A stretch of 50,868 bases of DNA from Hyphochytrium catenoides. Taxonomy: Eukaryota > Protista > Hyphochytriomycota. Under the pieces are notes generated by a model that did not search any database, was not told the origin of the DNA, and was given only the letters and a program-made list of their open reading frames with translations. Below are positions 22,970-35,530 of the stretch, one piece after another; positions within the stretch are counted from its first letter, which is position 1, and each line of letters opens with the position of its first letter. The stretch covers positions 1 to 50,868 of the forward strand of contig FLMG01002948.1 of assembly GCA_900088475.1 (NCBI GenBank), in the 5' to 3' direction. Position numbers and translations under genes: made by a program.

Positions 22970-25900
22970 ATGAAGAAGAGGATTATCAGCATCCTCTCCG
23001 CAGATCCTCCGGAGACTGACACTCCGCGAGCTCCTCCTCTCCGTCCCGCAAGTCAGAGAGGTCCTGTCACATCCATTCTAGGGATCCTTGCCAATGATGC
23101 TGACAATCAACCAGAGCCTCCAGATGCTCCAGAGCCGCTGGCCGTCACTATTCCCTCATCCGAGTCGCGGCGTGCCTCCACCAAGGTCTAAGCGGGCTCA
23201 GCTTGCATGGCTATATGCATTTCTGGCGTCCGATCTTCACGTCTAACACCATTTCGTCACTTAGGCACATAACGAGCGCTCAGAACAGATTGGAGACAGA
23301 GGTACCGAGGATTCTCAATATAGAGTGCTCATTTCTCCGGTCACGCGAGTACGAAAGCCAGCTGCACAGATCGAAGCAACCACTTCTTCACAAGCTCCGG
23401 CTGCACCCTCATCTGTACCGCGGATGCCGTCCACAGAGGACCAAAAAAGGACTGTGGAGGCAACTAAAACAGAGAACCGGACTGATTTTGTGCAGAAGGT
23501 GCCTGTTCGGCCGCGACCGTCTCTGGCGGAGGCTCTGGGTGCTCATCAAAAGGAGTGCTTACAAGCACTAAAGACCTACACGGTAATGGCGCCACCTTCG
23601 TTTTCTCTCCTCGTAGTACTGGTTCTGTGCGCCTCTTCGTCTATCCTCCTTTAAGCGGTTTTATGTGTTCTGTGTGTCTCCCTCTGTGATTGAAAACCGC
23701 TGACAGACTTTGTGCGGCGCAGGTTCTTTTTGAGAAACTCCAGGGACTTCGTAGCGGAAGTGAGAAAGACCTTAAGCGGCGAAGACTGTCTGCTGCTGCT
23801 GCTGCCAGTGAAAGCAAAAACGAGATCGAGAGACGTGAAGGCAAGCAAATTCTTCCTTATGACCTGCTCGTGATTGTTCGCAATCTCTCTCACAGTTAAT
23901 CTCACCTCTGTCTATATAAGAGCAGTTCCTGCCGTCTCCAACTTTGGGACCCTCCCTTCCTTTCCCATTAGACCACTGCTCCTTCTTTCTCTCCTCTGCC
24001 TCTTTTGTCTCTCATAAACACCTCAAATCTCCTGTAGCCTATCTCTTCAGATCCTAACTCTTACTCATCGTGCTCAGTCCGAGCAGGCATGGAGAAGGCT
24101 GGGAGAGAGGCAGAGACCTCCATTTCCAAAGTTTTCCTGTATCTCGAGGAGAGTCAATCGGTGGCGAATCTATCTCAAGTGTTAGAATGGACTCTTGGCA
24201 TTTTTTTGTCCTCGATGGGCTTCAGGGTGCAATCCTCCCATCACAGTTCGAGATCTGAGGAATCTGTCGAGACCAAAGCGAACGGGTCGAGTCCCGGGAA
24301 GAGGAAATTCGAAGGAGAATCATCAAGCGCAATAGATAACTTCACTGTCCTCTCTCTTCCACCCTACCAGCGACTTATTAGCTTGCTGCGTGCCACGTTG
24401 CTGCGCAGGATGGATCTTTCGGGCGATGACTCAAGCACGACCTTCTCCTCCCTCATGCTGGGGAAGGTGGTTGATCAGCTTAACCTCCATGCACGGTCTG
24501 AGGAAGGGAACGGAGAGCTGGTCTCCTTGTCTCTTCTAGCAGTCGTCTCTAATCTTTTCCCTCAGGAAATGGCCTTCCACTTGATTTATAGAGACAAAGG
24601 TGCAGATGGATGGAACTCACAGCCGGACGAATCTCTTCTTGTCTTTTTTTTCGTCGAAGCAAAAAAGAAACTTGCCTCTTCGACAATGAGAACCCCATGC
24701 CTTTATCGCTTCTTCTGACTTAACTGATGAGGCACATGTTTTATTATCTGCACTGTCGGTTGGGTGACTGGGAGACTGATGCACGCTTTTTTCTGGTGTA
24801 GGACGACTTGCGGATTGGCAGGAAACCTCATTTGAGGTAAAAGCCCTACGGGTAATGGCCGAGAGGTATCCGTCGGCCGTAGGACGTGCTTTAGTTAAGG
24901 CCCTCAGGTCAACTCTCTCTTCGGCTGCAAAGAAGTCAGGAAAGCGGTGGCCAGATAATGAAGGTGAGGGAGTTGATATAGCTACTCTTTTACGGCCACC
25001 TCTTCTAATTGTTCTCTTCGTCCTGGTCCTGCCTTCACCACTGGATGGTAACGCAATTTTCTCTTATGTGCAGTGCGCGGGAGTATAAGAACCTTACTTT
25101 CTTTCTCTCAGCTCATTCCCTCCGTCCTGCCCTACTATTTGCCCTTGGTGGCTACGATTTTGAGGGAAGAGCTTTCTCAATGGAGACTTGAGAGAAGAAA
25201 AAAAGCTGATAGAAAGGCAGAACCATCGTCTACGGATATGGAAGAAGTGCTTGTCGACCAGAGTCTTCAGATTCTCCGGGAAAACTTGTACGAATATCTC
25301 TCTCCAAACCTCAGTGACATCGACTTTCCCTAAACAATCAAGAGGACAGTATAGTTGAGATGTAGAGGGCAGTATAGTGGAAAATAGGAAGGGAGGTAAT
25401 ATTTCGTTGCTCTTGGACAATGGGCGCCGCAAGGGGGCTAGAGGGCGGTAGCAGGGAACATGGAGAGAGAAAGCGGTTAAGGCTGAGAGCTCCGTCATTC
25501 CTTCCCTCTTTTATCTTTGGCCTGACGCGCTAGCAGACACTCAATGGCCCACCCCTTTTATTTCTTCCCGTATGACATATTTCTCTGTCTTCCAGGCCCT
25601 CGATACCTCTCTCTACATTCTTTCTCGTGTATGAAGCTCTAGCAAATCCTCATGGTCCATCATGGGCCCAGCGTTGGACCGCCAGTCTACATCGCTTGAT
25701 ACTTCATCAGAGGGGAGATGCGTACAAGAATGGCTCTAATGAGAGTCCAGAGGTGAAGGAGTATGTCAGACGTTGCTTTAAACAAAACCATAATGCCATT
25801 GTAAGAGCAATCGCGGTAGATCTGTGGAACAAAGGTAAGGGGAAAATAAACTCGAGAGGCGAAGGAGGATAGCTAAGAAAGACTACGCTCAGTTAGGCCT

Positions 25901-28900
25901 ACGCGGAAGATGGGCTGACTCTTCTGTTGCTCTCTTACAGTGCGTAGCGTCAATGAGATTCCATCTGTCTTCTCACAATTGGAGATGCGTCATCTTCTTT
26001 TTTCAGAATGGGAGCATTCAAGTCAGTGGGCCAATGAAATGGCACAGGTAAAGGACTTGTTATAGTGAACAGAAGGACAGGTTTCCTTCTAACACGGTGC
26101 GATATAGCTTTTGGAGGCTCTGCTAGCAGCTCAGAGGCCCGCTGGTGCTTCTGAGAATGAGTTGAGTGGGTACATGGAGGCGATCTACCACTTCCTTGTA
26201 GAAAGTGTAGCCTTCGCCATCCCTGGGACCGTTTCCTCACCTGTCACACTGTTAAAGCGAATGCAGCTTCAGAGAGCTGTATGGGTATCTCTCTATCACT
26301 CTTTCTTCTCGCTCGCATCAGAACAACAAATCCTATGGCTTGACCTTTTAGAAATCTGCTGCAGAGAAGAACGATCGTCTCTCTTTAGGGAAGGTACGTT
26401 TGCACTTTTAATGGCCACTACATTGTAGTTCCTACGCCTCGCTTAAAATTTTGACTCTGTGTTCCCGGTATCGTATTGATGTAGGCGAGTTCTTGCCAGA
26501 GGTGAAAGCTTTGATGAAGGCATTAGATATTAAGGAGATGAGTAATGAGGAGATGAGAAGTGACGATGCCCTATCTTTACTTCTAGAGGAAGGATTCGCA
26601 TGTGGGCAAGAAAGCACCAATCTTTCGGCGACATCAGTTACTTCAGTTCTTGTCAAGGCACTGGAGCCCACATCAGGGCTTAGTGACAATGTAAGACCTC
26701 ATCCTCTTAACGCTTTTTTTTGTCATTGTGCTTTTTGGACCATCTCACTCTCCAAAGGCAATACTGGTCTCCACCACTTTCAGGCTGATTGGCACTCATC
26801 ATTGTGCGTTAACCGGCAGGTTAAGCTGAGCGTATTGAGGGTGCTCTGCCTACTCTCTCCTCCTTCAGAGCTCTCCCAGCGCTTCAGATATATCAGAAGA
26901 GCAGTGAATGTCTTCTTCTCGCTGTTGGATCGGAGAAGACTATTGCTGTACGTGCACTACCTCTCTCTTTGTATCGTAGCTAACCGCCGGCAATATACTA
27001 GTCCCATTCTGGTGTTAATTGGGCTCTGGGCTTGTTCGCCAGTCAAGATACTTATTATTGTCCTCCGCTTTGGAGTCTTGCAAGCTCAACTTTTGAGCTT
27101 GGATCAGGATCCGCCCGCGCCTAGCTTGTACCATTATGTTTTTTGGAGAAGCTTCCTTGCTCCGTCCAAACTCAACTGACAATTTGTTGATTGGTCTTGC
27201 CCCGTTCCAACACAGGTGTAGCAGCAAACGTCCAATGACGGAAGCTGACACGAGGGCTTTAGATACTCTTCCGCTACTTCTCTCTTTTGGTTCTCGATGG
27301 TTACTCTCTCTCGTCTGGTCACCTATAGGTTCTTCAGAACAGGAGCTGTCAGATAGTATTTGTAGCGGGTACAGCGTCTTCTGCGCCTCTGCACTCGATT
27401 GTCTGTTCTCCTCAGAGTCCCCTACAAGTGCTATAGGAGCAAGGGAGCACAGTCATAACTTCTCCCATATGAGAATTCTCTCGCCGGACGCAGTAGGCGT
27501 CACCACCAACAGTCAGGCAGGTAGAGGCCCTTCTCATTCTCTAGGCCCGTCTCTTGCCACCGTAATTCCTTGTCTGTAATCTTTAATATTCTCTCTTTTC
27601 GTCTTTTAGGTCTGTTGCTAAGAAGGATGCTCTGTTGCAAGAGCCTGTGGCATCTCAGTTTTACTCTCTCCTTACTGTTGCATACATTTATTCAGTATTG
27701 ATACCGCTCTGTTTCAGGTGCAAAGATTCTGGCTCCCTCGCCCATCCCCCGTACGATGCTTCCTTGTAGCTCCATGCAGACGTTACATCCTTTCCCTGAG
27801 CTTTCCAAAGCTACGGAGATGGACCAGGCAGACCATCAGAAATTCCTGACGGAGATTAGAAGAACACATATGCGGAAAAAAGCCCAGCCTAAAGTCCAGC
27901 CATTACCTTCATCCTTCGCCGCTAACAAGGAGGAGCAAGAAATAAGACTCCTGCGGGTTGCCAAAGAGAATTCTGCCGATCTCTTCTGTCTCTTCTCTCT
28001 TTTATCGTCCTTCCAACCCCCACCATTTGATGAAAGTATCCCTACGCAGCCACCCAATGATCTTCTTAGTTCTGAAACTGCAAAGAGTCGCAATATGAAG
28101 ATCTTGGTAGACGAACTACTTCTCCGCATCCTCCCGGTCTCTCCCCTTCCTACAGATGACAAATACAAGGTATGGAAAGGTGCTGAGCCATCAAAGAGCG
28201 AGTCGGAAAGAGCGAAGTCTCAAGATATGCTATTTATAGCTGAAAGGGCGAGAAGAAACGGGAGAGCCTCAGCAGAAAGACTTAACAGAGAGAAACGAAA
28301 CGAGAGAGAGCGCTAGCGAGATGAGATTTGACTCTAACGCGCTCTTCTTGGCATCATACCTGAAAAACTATAGGAAATCCTCCCAGGTAGAACGACATTC
28401 AAGTGTGATCTGGACATCCACGAATGGATGATGAGGGAGCCATCGATTATCGACCTGCTTCTCCTCGCAGCTGAGAAGGGAGAACAGACGCACTTTCAAA
28501 GGTACTGTTCACGTTTTCTCTCTCGTTTTAACACACACAAACTCTCTCTCTCTCTCTCCAATACTCTCTCTCTCTCTCTTATTTTTCTTCGTGCTTGGCC
28601 GGCCAACTCAGTATTCGGATACGGTTCTTCCTGTTGTGTCTGCTCTGCTATACTTCCTTACCATTTCTTATGCTGCTCTTTGACGCTTGGTAATGGAGTT
28701 GTCCACTTATTTATCACTTTGTTAACCCCATTACTCTCGCTTGCAGATGTCTTCCGCTGCTCAAGGTCATGCTGGTCAATCTTATCGGCTTTTTCCACTC
28801 CCGTCGCGCCGGAGCGGGCGTCGAAGTCCACTCTTCTCCGTATATGAGAACCGAGGTTCAAGGAGAGATGGCGAGAAAGATCCTTCAAACCCTCTTTACA

Positions 28901-29432
28901 GCATCACTTATCCCTCCTCCCCTTTTCAGAACTATTGACCTGATCGGAGTCGTGCCACCTTCACAGGTAAGACCCAGCCAAGGATCCTTAGTCTACTGTC
29001 CCCCTTCCTGACTCAAGCTTCAGACTTCTCTGTCTCAAGACTCCATTCTTCTACTCTCTTTCTCATTCACCACTTCTTCCTAGCCCCATCATCCCTCTCG
29101 GCGCTCAGTTATGTCCTTCTGGTACTATTCTCTCGTCTGGGGCTCCTTATAGCTGGCTCTCCAACTCTTTGCTATCAGACTGAGACCAACCGTCCCCTTG
29201 TATTCCTAACCAGGTCGCTATCCTGCTGATGAACGTCTGGCTTTACCTGTGCGAGAACTGTTCAACCTCTGCAACGGGCGAAGAAGGAGAGAAGAAAAGC
29301 CCTGGGGCAGAAGAAAGAAAGGAAGGAGAAAAAGCCGCAGTAGTATCTGAGCAGTATCTTAGTCCAGTGCGAACAGTGTTGCACTCCTCAATAGGCTTAG
29401 TGGGCGCTTTGTACTGCCGATACTTAGGATAG
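22970..29432 (+). CDS. INTS5: Integrator complex subunit 5-like protein (multi-exon)
   Basis: The spliced C-terminus CDLDIHEWMMREPSIIDLLLLAA..RCLPLLKVMLVNLIGFFHS..ILQTLFTASLIPPPLFRTIDLIGVVPPSQVAILLMNVWLYLCE..YLSPVRTVLHSSIGLVGALY follows the INTS5 C-terminal pattern (LLRGLLAALLGHW..LLPPAL..EVRLLLLSVWGFLRE..LHSVLHRNI, recalled). Several GT-AG junctions were checked in frame, e.g. 24600-24801. The start is uncertain (22762-22970). Confidence 0.62.
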
Positions 29433-29706
29433 AGAGCGAGGATGATAAGCCTTCTTCTGTACAGCAGTAATATTTATTGGCACCTGAACCCTTCTTTCTC
29501 TTGCTTCTCTTCTGCCCGCTTTTTGCTTCGCTTATCTCTCCTCAGCCGGACGCGGATAGTAAGAGTATGTGAGCCCATCTCCATTTCCTGCCACGTGGGC
29601 TCTCTCTGAACTGAAGTCTCTCTCACTCCTACAATCCAGGTCATACCAGCTTCTGGAGCTCAAAAGATAAGTCTGATGCTTGGCAACCTCGGTGCGTGCC
29701 TTTCAA

Positions 29707-32328
29707 TTAAATAACTATGGTGTCAATGATGTCATTGTTCTTGAGTTTGTACATCTGAGGAGAGAGAAGGCCGTAAGGCAAGGCTCAGTCTTTGATCAAT
29801 CAACAATCGGCGATGAGATATGGTGATAGATTACCTGTGGCGTCTCGTCGGGGTCAAGTCTGTGTCCCGCCAGCATGAGTCTCACAGAGGCTGTGGGAGG
29901 AATGTCGAAGGCTTTGATGCATCCCTCCAATAGGAAAGAGAAAGGATCCGTCTGTGCAGCACAAGTTAGGAAGATAACTCAGCCAGAGTGAGCAAGAAAC
30001 GTAGGCTCGCAGACAGTGAAAGAGAACTGAAGTGTAAAGGGCAGTCGCCAGTAAGATGAGAAGGGCGTCGCCTCGCCTACCCTAAGCAGCTCAAACTCTT
30101 TTCCTCCTCCTGTCCTTCTAAGGAAGAGGCGAATGAAAGGCCCCTCGTCTTCCTCTTCCGTCTGCTCTCTTCCTGGTGCTGATATCTAAAGAAGAAAAAG
30201 AAGAAGAGGACTTCAGCAGGCGGTATCGAGAGCAGCGCCACAAGGAATGCAGTCAAAGGGTCGTACTGTCTGTCTACAATGGCTTGCGGTGCTGGTCTTT
30301 CCTTCCAAGTCAGCATGCTGCATAGCTTCTACTTCTGCATCGCTCATTTCTGGCATACTTTTTAGCACTCCGTCCAGGATATCCTCATCCTCCAGACCTA
30401 GACTCTATCCGAGGTAGAGATACGGACAATAAAAAGGCACGGTCAGCAGGAGTTTAAGCTTAAAATAGGCGCGCATCGTTAAGAGATTAGCAAAGGAGTG
30501 TGTTGGCCAAAGAAGACAGCGCAAGGGTTGTGACAAAAGAGAAGCTCGTTTTTCTAACGCCATTACGTCGGTGGGAGAAAGACCTCAACTACTGAGACGA
30601 AGGACAAGCAAGTGCGCACCTCTGCAGAGTCCTGCGGCCGTAACGCCTGGCCATCGACTTTGATGATGAGCGCTTGGGGTTTGAGTTGCCTCCACAGGCA
30701 GAAAATAGAAGAGATCTTGATTAGCGGTTCGTCCTGCATGCAACCAACGTCAGCCCGCCTTTGAGCAATGAAAGCACCAGAAGCAGGGATCGAGAGGTTT
30801 AATGGGCGTAGGCAAGTCAAGGCAAATGGTAGTGTTTGAATGAAACGAAGGGATCCAGCAAAAAGCGTGGCTACCTTGTTAATGCTGTATGTGATAGATG
30901 TGCCGTTGACTCTAAGCACTAGGGGAACAAAGGGACTCTGGCCTACATAAAAGACGGAGGACGGTGGAAGACTGGCTAGCGCATCCGGCACGAGGCGGAG
31001 CGGAGCTTTAAGCTTGAGCTCTAGGAGATCATCCTCTTCTAGGTCTAAAGACTGAAAAATTGGAGGATAAAAGTGCAAGCACATCCTTAGCACCAGCCAG
31101 CAAAGAGCATCCAAAAAGGCAGATGCCAGCTTTCTACCTCTGCTGTCTCTTGTGCAGATACAGCCTGTCCGTCTACTACTATGCTGGCCCCTAAGGGCGA
31201 CAGTTGGTGACACAAGCAGTAAATCTTGGCAATCTGCAACAGCGGCACAAGCTACAGAGCGCAATGAAGGAGAAAATTTGTAAGTATATAGGTTGTTGAA
31301 GGGCGGACCGACGATATGACAAGAAGTGGTTGAAAGAAATTCGTAAGAACTCAGGAATGGTAGCAGAGTAAGAGACCTTGCCAACTCGGTATGGAGTTAT
31401 AGTCCCATCCTTTCTAACTTGCACTCTAATTAGCGGCCCCACGGGCTTGGCAACATCTGTCGTCTCCTCTCGGCTACGGCGGCGCGGGCTGTCGTACACT
31501 GCGGCATCTGTTCCTTCCATGCCCAAAGGTTCCTCTTCCTCCTCTTTCTCTATTGACTTTGCCAAGTTCCGAAGATTAGCGGTTTGTCTGAGGGTTTGTG
31601 GGTAACAGTTGATCACAAGGGCTCGTTAGGCACCGTGCTTGCCAAGATGAAGAGAGGACAGGTATGGATAGGAGAAGAGCCTCATGGTGACACTTCCAAG
31701 CCTGTGAAAGAGATGGAGGCAAGCTTTAACTCACTGGAGGATTCTTGTGGAGGCCAAAAGGAGGGGATCGTCCTTGGCCTGGAACTGCGGCGTATATGCT
31801 GCCATCTCTTCTTCTAGGTCGCTTTCATCTAAGGAAGCCGATAGGTCCATGTCAATAGGGCAGTAGGGCAATGAAGCAGAGAGCTTTGCGCCTACCGGAA
31901 TCCAGGAGGACAAAGTCTTTTTTGGCATCAGCGGCGGCTTCCCCAGCTTCATTATGATTCTCGGCTTCTTCGTCTTCATCACTCTCCAGCAAGGTAATCT
32001 TGTCATCCGTCTTTTGAAGCTTCCGCTTGCTTTCTATAGCTTCGTCTTGGTCCCGAGGGCGACTTCGCCGAAAATCCACCAGGCTGTCGTCCGAGTCTGA
32101 CGATGAAAGGTAGGGGGACGGGTCTGCATTACCTGATGGTTAGCCATGGCCATCGACAATTGCAATGAATGACCTCTAATATACATGCAACCAAATGCGC
32201 ACTAGGTAACACAAAGACAAGATGTTTCACATACCAGGTAGAGTTACAGCTGATGCTTTTCTCCAATCAAAGAGCTCAACATCGCTGCCTGAAGAGTCAC
32301 TACTAGAATCGCTGTCCTCCGCTGCCAT
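29707..32328 (-). CDS. NIP45/Esc2/Rad60 (RENi)-like protein with an acidic N-terminus and three SUMO-like domains
   Basis: About 11 exons from ATG 32328 (MAAEDSDSSSD) to TAA 29707. Three ubiquitin-fold repeats end in VDGQAVSAQETAE|SLDLEEDDLLE, VDGQALRPQDSAE|SLGLEDEDILD and LAGHRLDPDETPQ|MYKLKNNDIID, matching the SUMO pattern FDG..l....TP..L.mED.D.I. There is no terminal di-Gly. Confidence 0.75.
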
Positions 32329-33380
32329 GGCGTTCATTAAGTGTGATCACCATAAGAAATTCTGATCCCTACGCACTTAGGTCAAGGAGTCCTCCGCTCT
32401 CTTAGCTTAGCTTAAAACACTCCACAAACTAACCAATCTCCTAAATCTAGAGGTCCTTTGTGTCTCTTTCCGTCGGTCAACTCCGCAGTTGAGACGCTTT
32501 GTCAACTCCCCGTTGTCAGAGCTCCAAATTGCAAAGCTTCAAGAGATCATCTGACGCATTTTGGGCCTTTTTGTTTTTGGCGTAAAAGTTTCAGAGTTTG
32601 GCGCGAAAGGCAGTCGAGCAAGAACTAGTTATCAATAATGTGATATATAGAGCGATAATAGATCTTTATATGATTATCACCAAACTCCTTAAGGTGATTG
32701 TGATCCTTGTGAGTTTTCGGTTACAGATTGTGAAAGGAGAGAGAGAAAGAGAGAGAGAAAGGAAGAGAGAAAGAGAGAGAGAAAGGAAGAGGGAAAGAGA
32801 GAGAGAAAGGAAGAGAGAGAGACAGAAGCGGAAGGCAGCAAAGGAGCATGCTTGTGAGAGAGCAACGCAGCAAAATGGAGACGGAGGGGAAAGAGAGAGA
32901 GTGCGTCGAGAGGCAAGAGTCTAGAAAGGCAGAGGACAAAAGAGTCCGCGAAAGAGAAAGCACAGCCAAAAAACGAGAGAGAGAGAGAGCGAGAGAGAGT
33001 GATGATCAAGAGGGAGGAGGATGCACACCCTGCCCTTTACCTCCGCACTGAGTCACCTTCCGCTCTTACTCTCCTTCTCCTGCATCTTCTTAGCTTCTAC
33101 TATTCCCTCTCACATCTCAGCCTCTCTCTGGCTGCCTGCAGCTCCATAACGGCTGTTCAGCTAAACTTCTCCTCTCACCTCACCCCGTCTCTCTCCTCTC
33201 TAACTACTGATCCTTGTCCTTCTCTGTATTATATCCTCGCTGCTCTCTTAGCCTCTCCAGCAACGGAATGATGGTCAAGGGGATCTGGAGCAACTGACAC
33301 GGCTGAACTATCTCTATCGCCGCAAGCGTTAAGGGTAGTAGAGAGACTAAGGACCACAAGAGAGGGAGAATTGAGAGAGG

Positions 33381-33383
<3 letters not shown>

Positions 33384-33432
<49 letters not shown>
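33384..33432. repeat. (GA)n microsatellite, about 24 units, upstream of the amidotransferase gene; representative of dozens of GA/CT tracts in the window
   Basis: Directly visible. Similar tracts occur at about 380-610, 2740-2935, 8115-8160, 20603-20652, 40790-40872, 43690-43870 and throughout 42-50.8 kb. Confidence 0.95.
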
Positions 33433-33438
<6 letters not shown>

Positions 33439-33592
33439 TTAAAGAGAGAGGGAGCGGAAGTTCAGTTCACACTTCAATGTTGCCATATTATATCTCGTCT
33501 CTACAATGTCTGCAGAGTGGCTCTAACTAGATTTCGCCTACTCTGGCGGCTCAAATTGCAAAGAGGCGGACCTCTCGAGAGATAGAAGAAGA

Positions 33593-35530
33593 ATGTGCCG
33601 CTGGGTAATCTATAAGGGAATCCCGGTCCCTGTGGCTGACCTTCTCCTGAAGCCAGAGAGGAATCTGCAGTGGCTCTCCAGAAGAGACATTCGTTGTCTC
33701 CCTCACCTGCCCTTCTCCTCCAGCGCCACATGCCTTTTCGAGGAAGAGGTCGACCCTGCGGTGGAGCTGGACGAAGAAGACAGAGAACTTGATAGCACCA
33801 TCGTCAAGAGAAATAGCTCGCATGGCCTGGAGGACAAGGCGTCTTTTCCTAGTCTCTCAAGCCACCAACAGGAGAGGAATCATAGGTCAAGCTCCACCGA
33901 CAGTGCCGGTTCCGCATCAACATTGTCCCTTGATGAGGAGCTCGTCAGAGATATTCTGTCCTTGACAGCAGGGCCTGAAGCATTGTCCCCTGAGAAAGAC
34001 AGACAGAGACGACCTGCGAGTCCAGGGACGGACAGTGGTCTCTCTTCTGCTTCTTCAAATCAGCTTGAAGACTCACAGTTATCTGCTGCTGCTGGTTCCA
34101 CGACTGCACGTGGGCAGAAAGCTACCACCAAGCGTCGCGCCTACTCAATCTTCACCACTCTCTCCCACATACAGCGAAACCATTTGAAGAACGAGGATGG
34201 CTATGGCATTGCGTGGTTCAGTAGTAAGGAGACAGAGGCAGAGGTCACGAAAGCAGGCACGCCGTCCAGTCGATTAGCTGCTTCTACCTGTCTCTCCTCT
34301 CCCCTGTCCCCACAAACACTTAGACGTACCCGAAATGGTGATCGAATAGGTAACACACTCTCTCCCAAGGTCCATAGGAAGTCCACCTGTGTGACAGACG
34401 ACAAAGACGTAGCGCAGGCACTGCAAGGCGTGGTCTCGGGATGTATCTGCGCTCATGTACGTGCCGCAAGCAAAGGCTTGAGCGTGCAAGAGAGCAATTG
34501 CCACCCTTTCTCAGCTGGCAATTTTGTCTGGATGCATAACGGATGCGTTGCTTACTTTTCCAAGGTGAGAGAGGATCTCCTCCCTCTTCTCTCCGCCAAG
34601 GCAAAGCGAGCCATACAAGGGACAACGGACTCAGAGCTTGCTTTTGCTCTCTTTCTCAGTCACTTTGATGACTTTGAGGCGGTCTATAGCAAAGAAAAGA
34701 TAGCCGATGCCATGCAGAGAACCATCAGGACAATTGTTAGAAAGAGCGGAGCCTATGGTCCTTGTGCTAGCTCTTTGAACTTCTGTGTGACCAACGGCAA
34801 AGTTGTCGTCTGCTCCCGCTTTAGAAATTGCAGAGCCAGACAGCAAGCTCCGTCTTTATACTGGGTAGAGAGTGTCCACCTCGTCCCGGCTTCTGCTTCC
34901 ACGAGTGGCGCTTTTTCGCTTCCCATTCTTCTTCCTTCCTCCTCCTTCGCGTCAACCATGGCTCAGATCAAAGAAGGAAGAGACATTGACGGAGTTAAAG
35001 GAGGAGAAAGAGAGAGGAAGACCGCCGTGGTAGTGGCATCTGAGCCGATTGCTACCTCTGAGACGCATGATCACTGGCAGCTGGTTCCCAACAATCATCT
35101 GCTACTGATAGACGAAGAAGAGAGAGTTATTTTCCAGCCGTTGCTGTCTCTGTCTCCATCTGTGGATCAGGCACTGAGGAAATGGAGAGAGAGAGCAGCC
35201 ACTAGAATAAGAATGCGTAACCTCCACTTAGGAAAGACAATGCGCCAAACTGGAGATGCTGCGCCTCTCCTTCCACCTGCAAAGCCTATGATTCACATTC
35301 CAACATGGAGCAAGAGAGAGGAGGGCGAGGAACCTGAAGTTAGCGGCGAAGATGCAACAGGAGATGGCATGGTTAAATCCCCAGTGGAGAGAAGAAACGA
35401 AGCCGACAAAGGACTGTCCAGGACGCCGCAACAAGCGGGAAAGTACGAGAAAGGCGCGGCGCTGCTTTCGGCACGATTGCAAGCACTCCTTTCACCCCTC
35501 GGTCTTTTAAGATCTAAGCGAGGTCGATAG
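33593..35530 (+). CDS. DUG3/EgtC-like class II glutamine amidotransferase (Ntn hydrolase), 645 aa, intronless
   Basis: One uninterrupted ORF with N-terminal MCR (Cys2 nucleophile), NEDGYGIAW, AHVRAAS, NCHPF, WMHNG, IQGTTDSELAFALFL, SSLNF, PSLY, VVVASEP and WQLVPNNH. Confidence 0.9.
   Translation: MCRWVIYKGIPVPVADLLLKPERNLQWLSRRDIRCLPHLPFSSSATCLFEEEVDPAVELDEEDRELDSTIVKRNSSHGLEDKASFPSLSSHQQERNHRSSSTDSAGSASTLSLDEELVRDILSLTAGPEALSPEKDRQRRPASPGTDSGLSSASSNQLEDSQLSAAAGSTTARGQKATTKRRAYSIFTTLSHIQRNHLKNEDGYGIAWFSSKETEAEVTKAGTPSSRLAASTCLSSPLSPQTLRRTRNGDRIGNTLSPKVHRKSTCVTDDKDVAQALQGVVSGCICAHVRAASKGLSVQESNCHPFSAGNFVWMHNGCVAYFSKVREDLLPLLSAKAKRAIQGTTDSELAFALFLSHFDDFEAVYSKEKIADAMQRTIRTIVRKSGAYGPCASSLNFCVTNGKVVVCSRFRNCRARQQAPSLYWVESVHLVPASASTSGAFSLPILLPSSSFASTMAQIKEGRDIDGVKGGERERKTAVVVASEPIATSETHDHWQLVPNNHLLLIDEEERVIFQPLLSLSPSVDQALRKWRERAATRIRMRNLHLGKTMRQTGDAAPLLPPAKPMIHIPTWSKREEGEEPEVSGEDATGDGMVKSPVERRNEADKGLSRTPQQAGKYEKGAALLSARLQALLSPLGLLRSKRGR

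Noticed and set aside
23839-23845. GC donor (GAAG|gcaagc) in the INTS5-like gene
   Set aside because: A GT donor of the same phase lies about 55 nt downstream with an open frame between, so the GC site is not required.
24725-24779. TGATGA...CTGA inside an intron of the INTS5-like gene as a C/D box snoRNA
   Set aside because: Only about 55 nt long, no terminal stem, no rRNA complementarity that I could recognise, and the CTGA coincides with the likely branch site.
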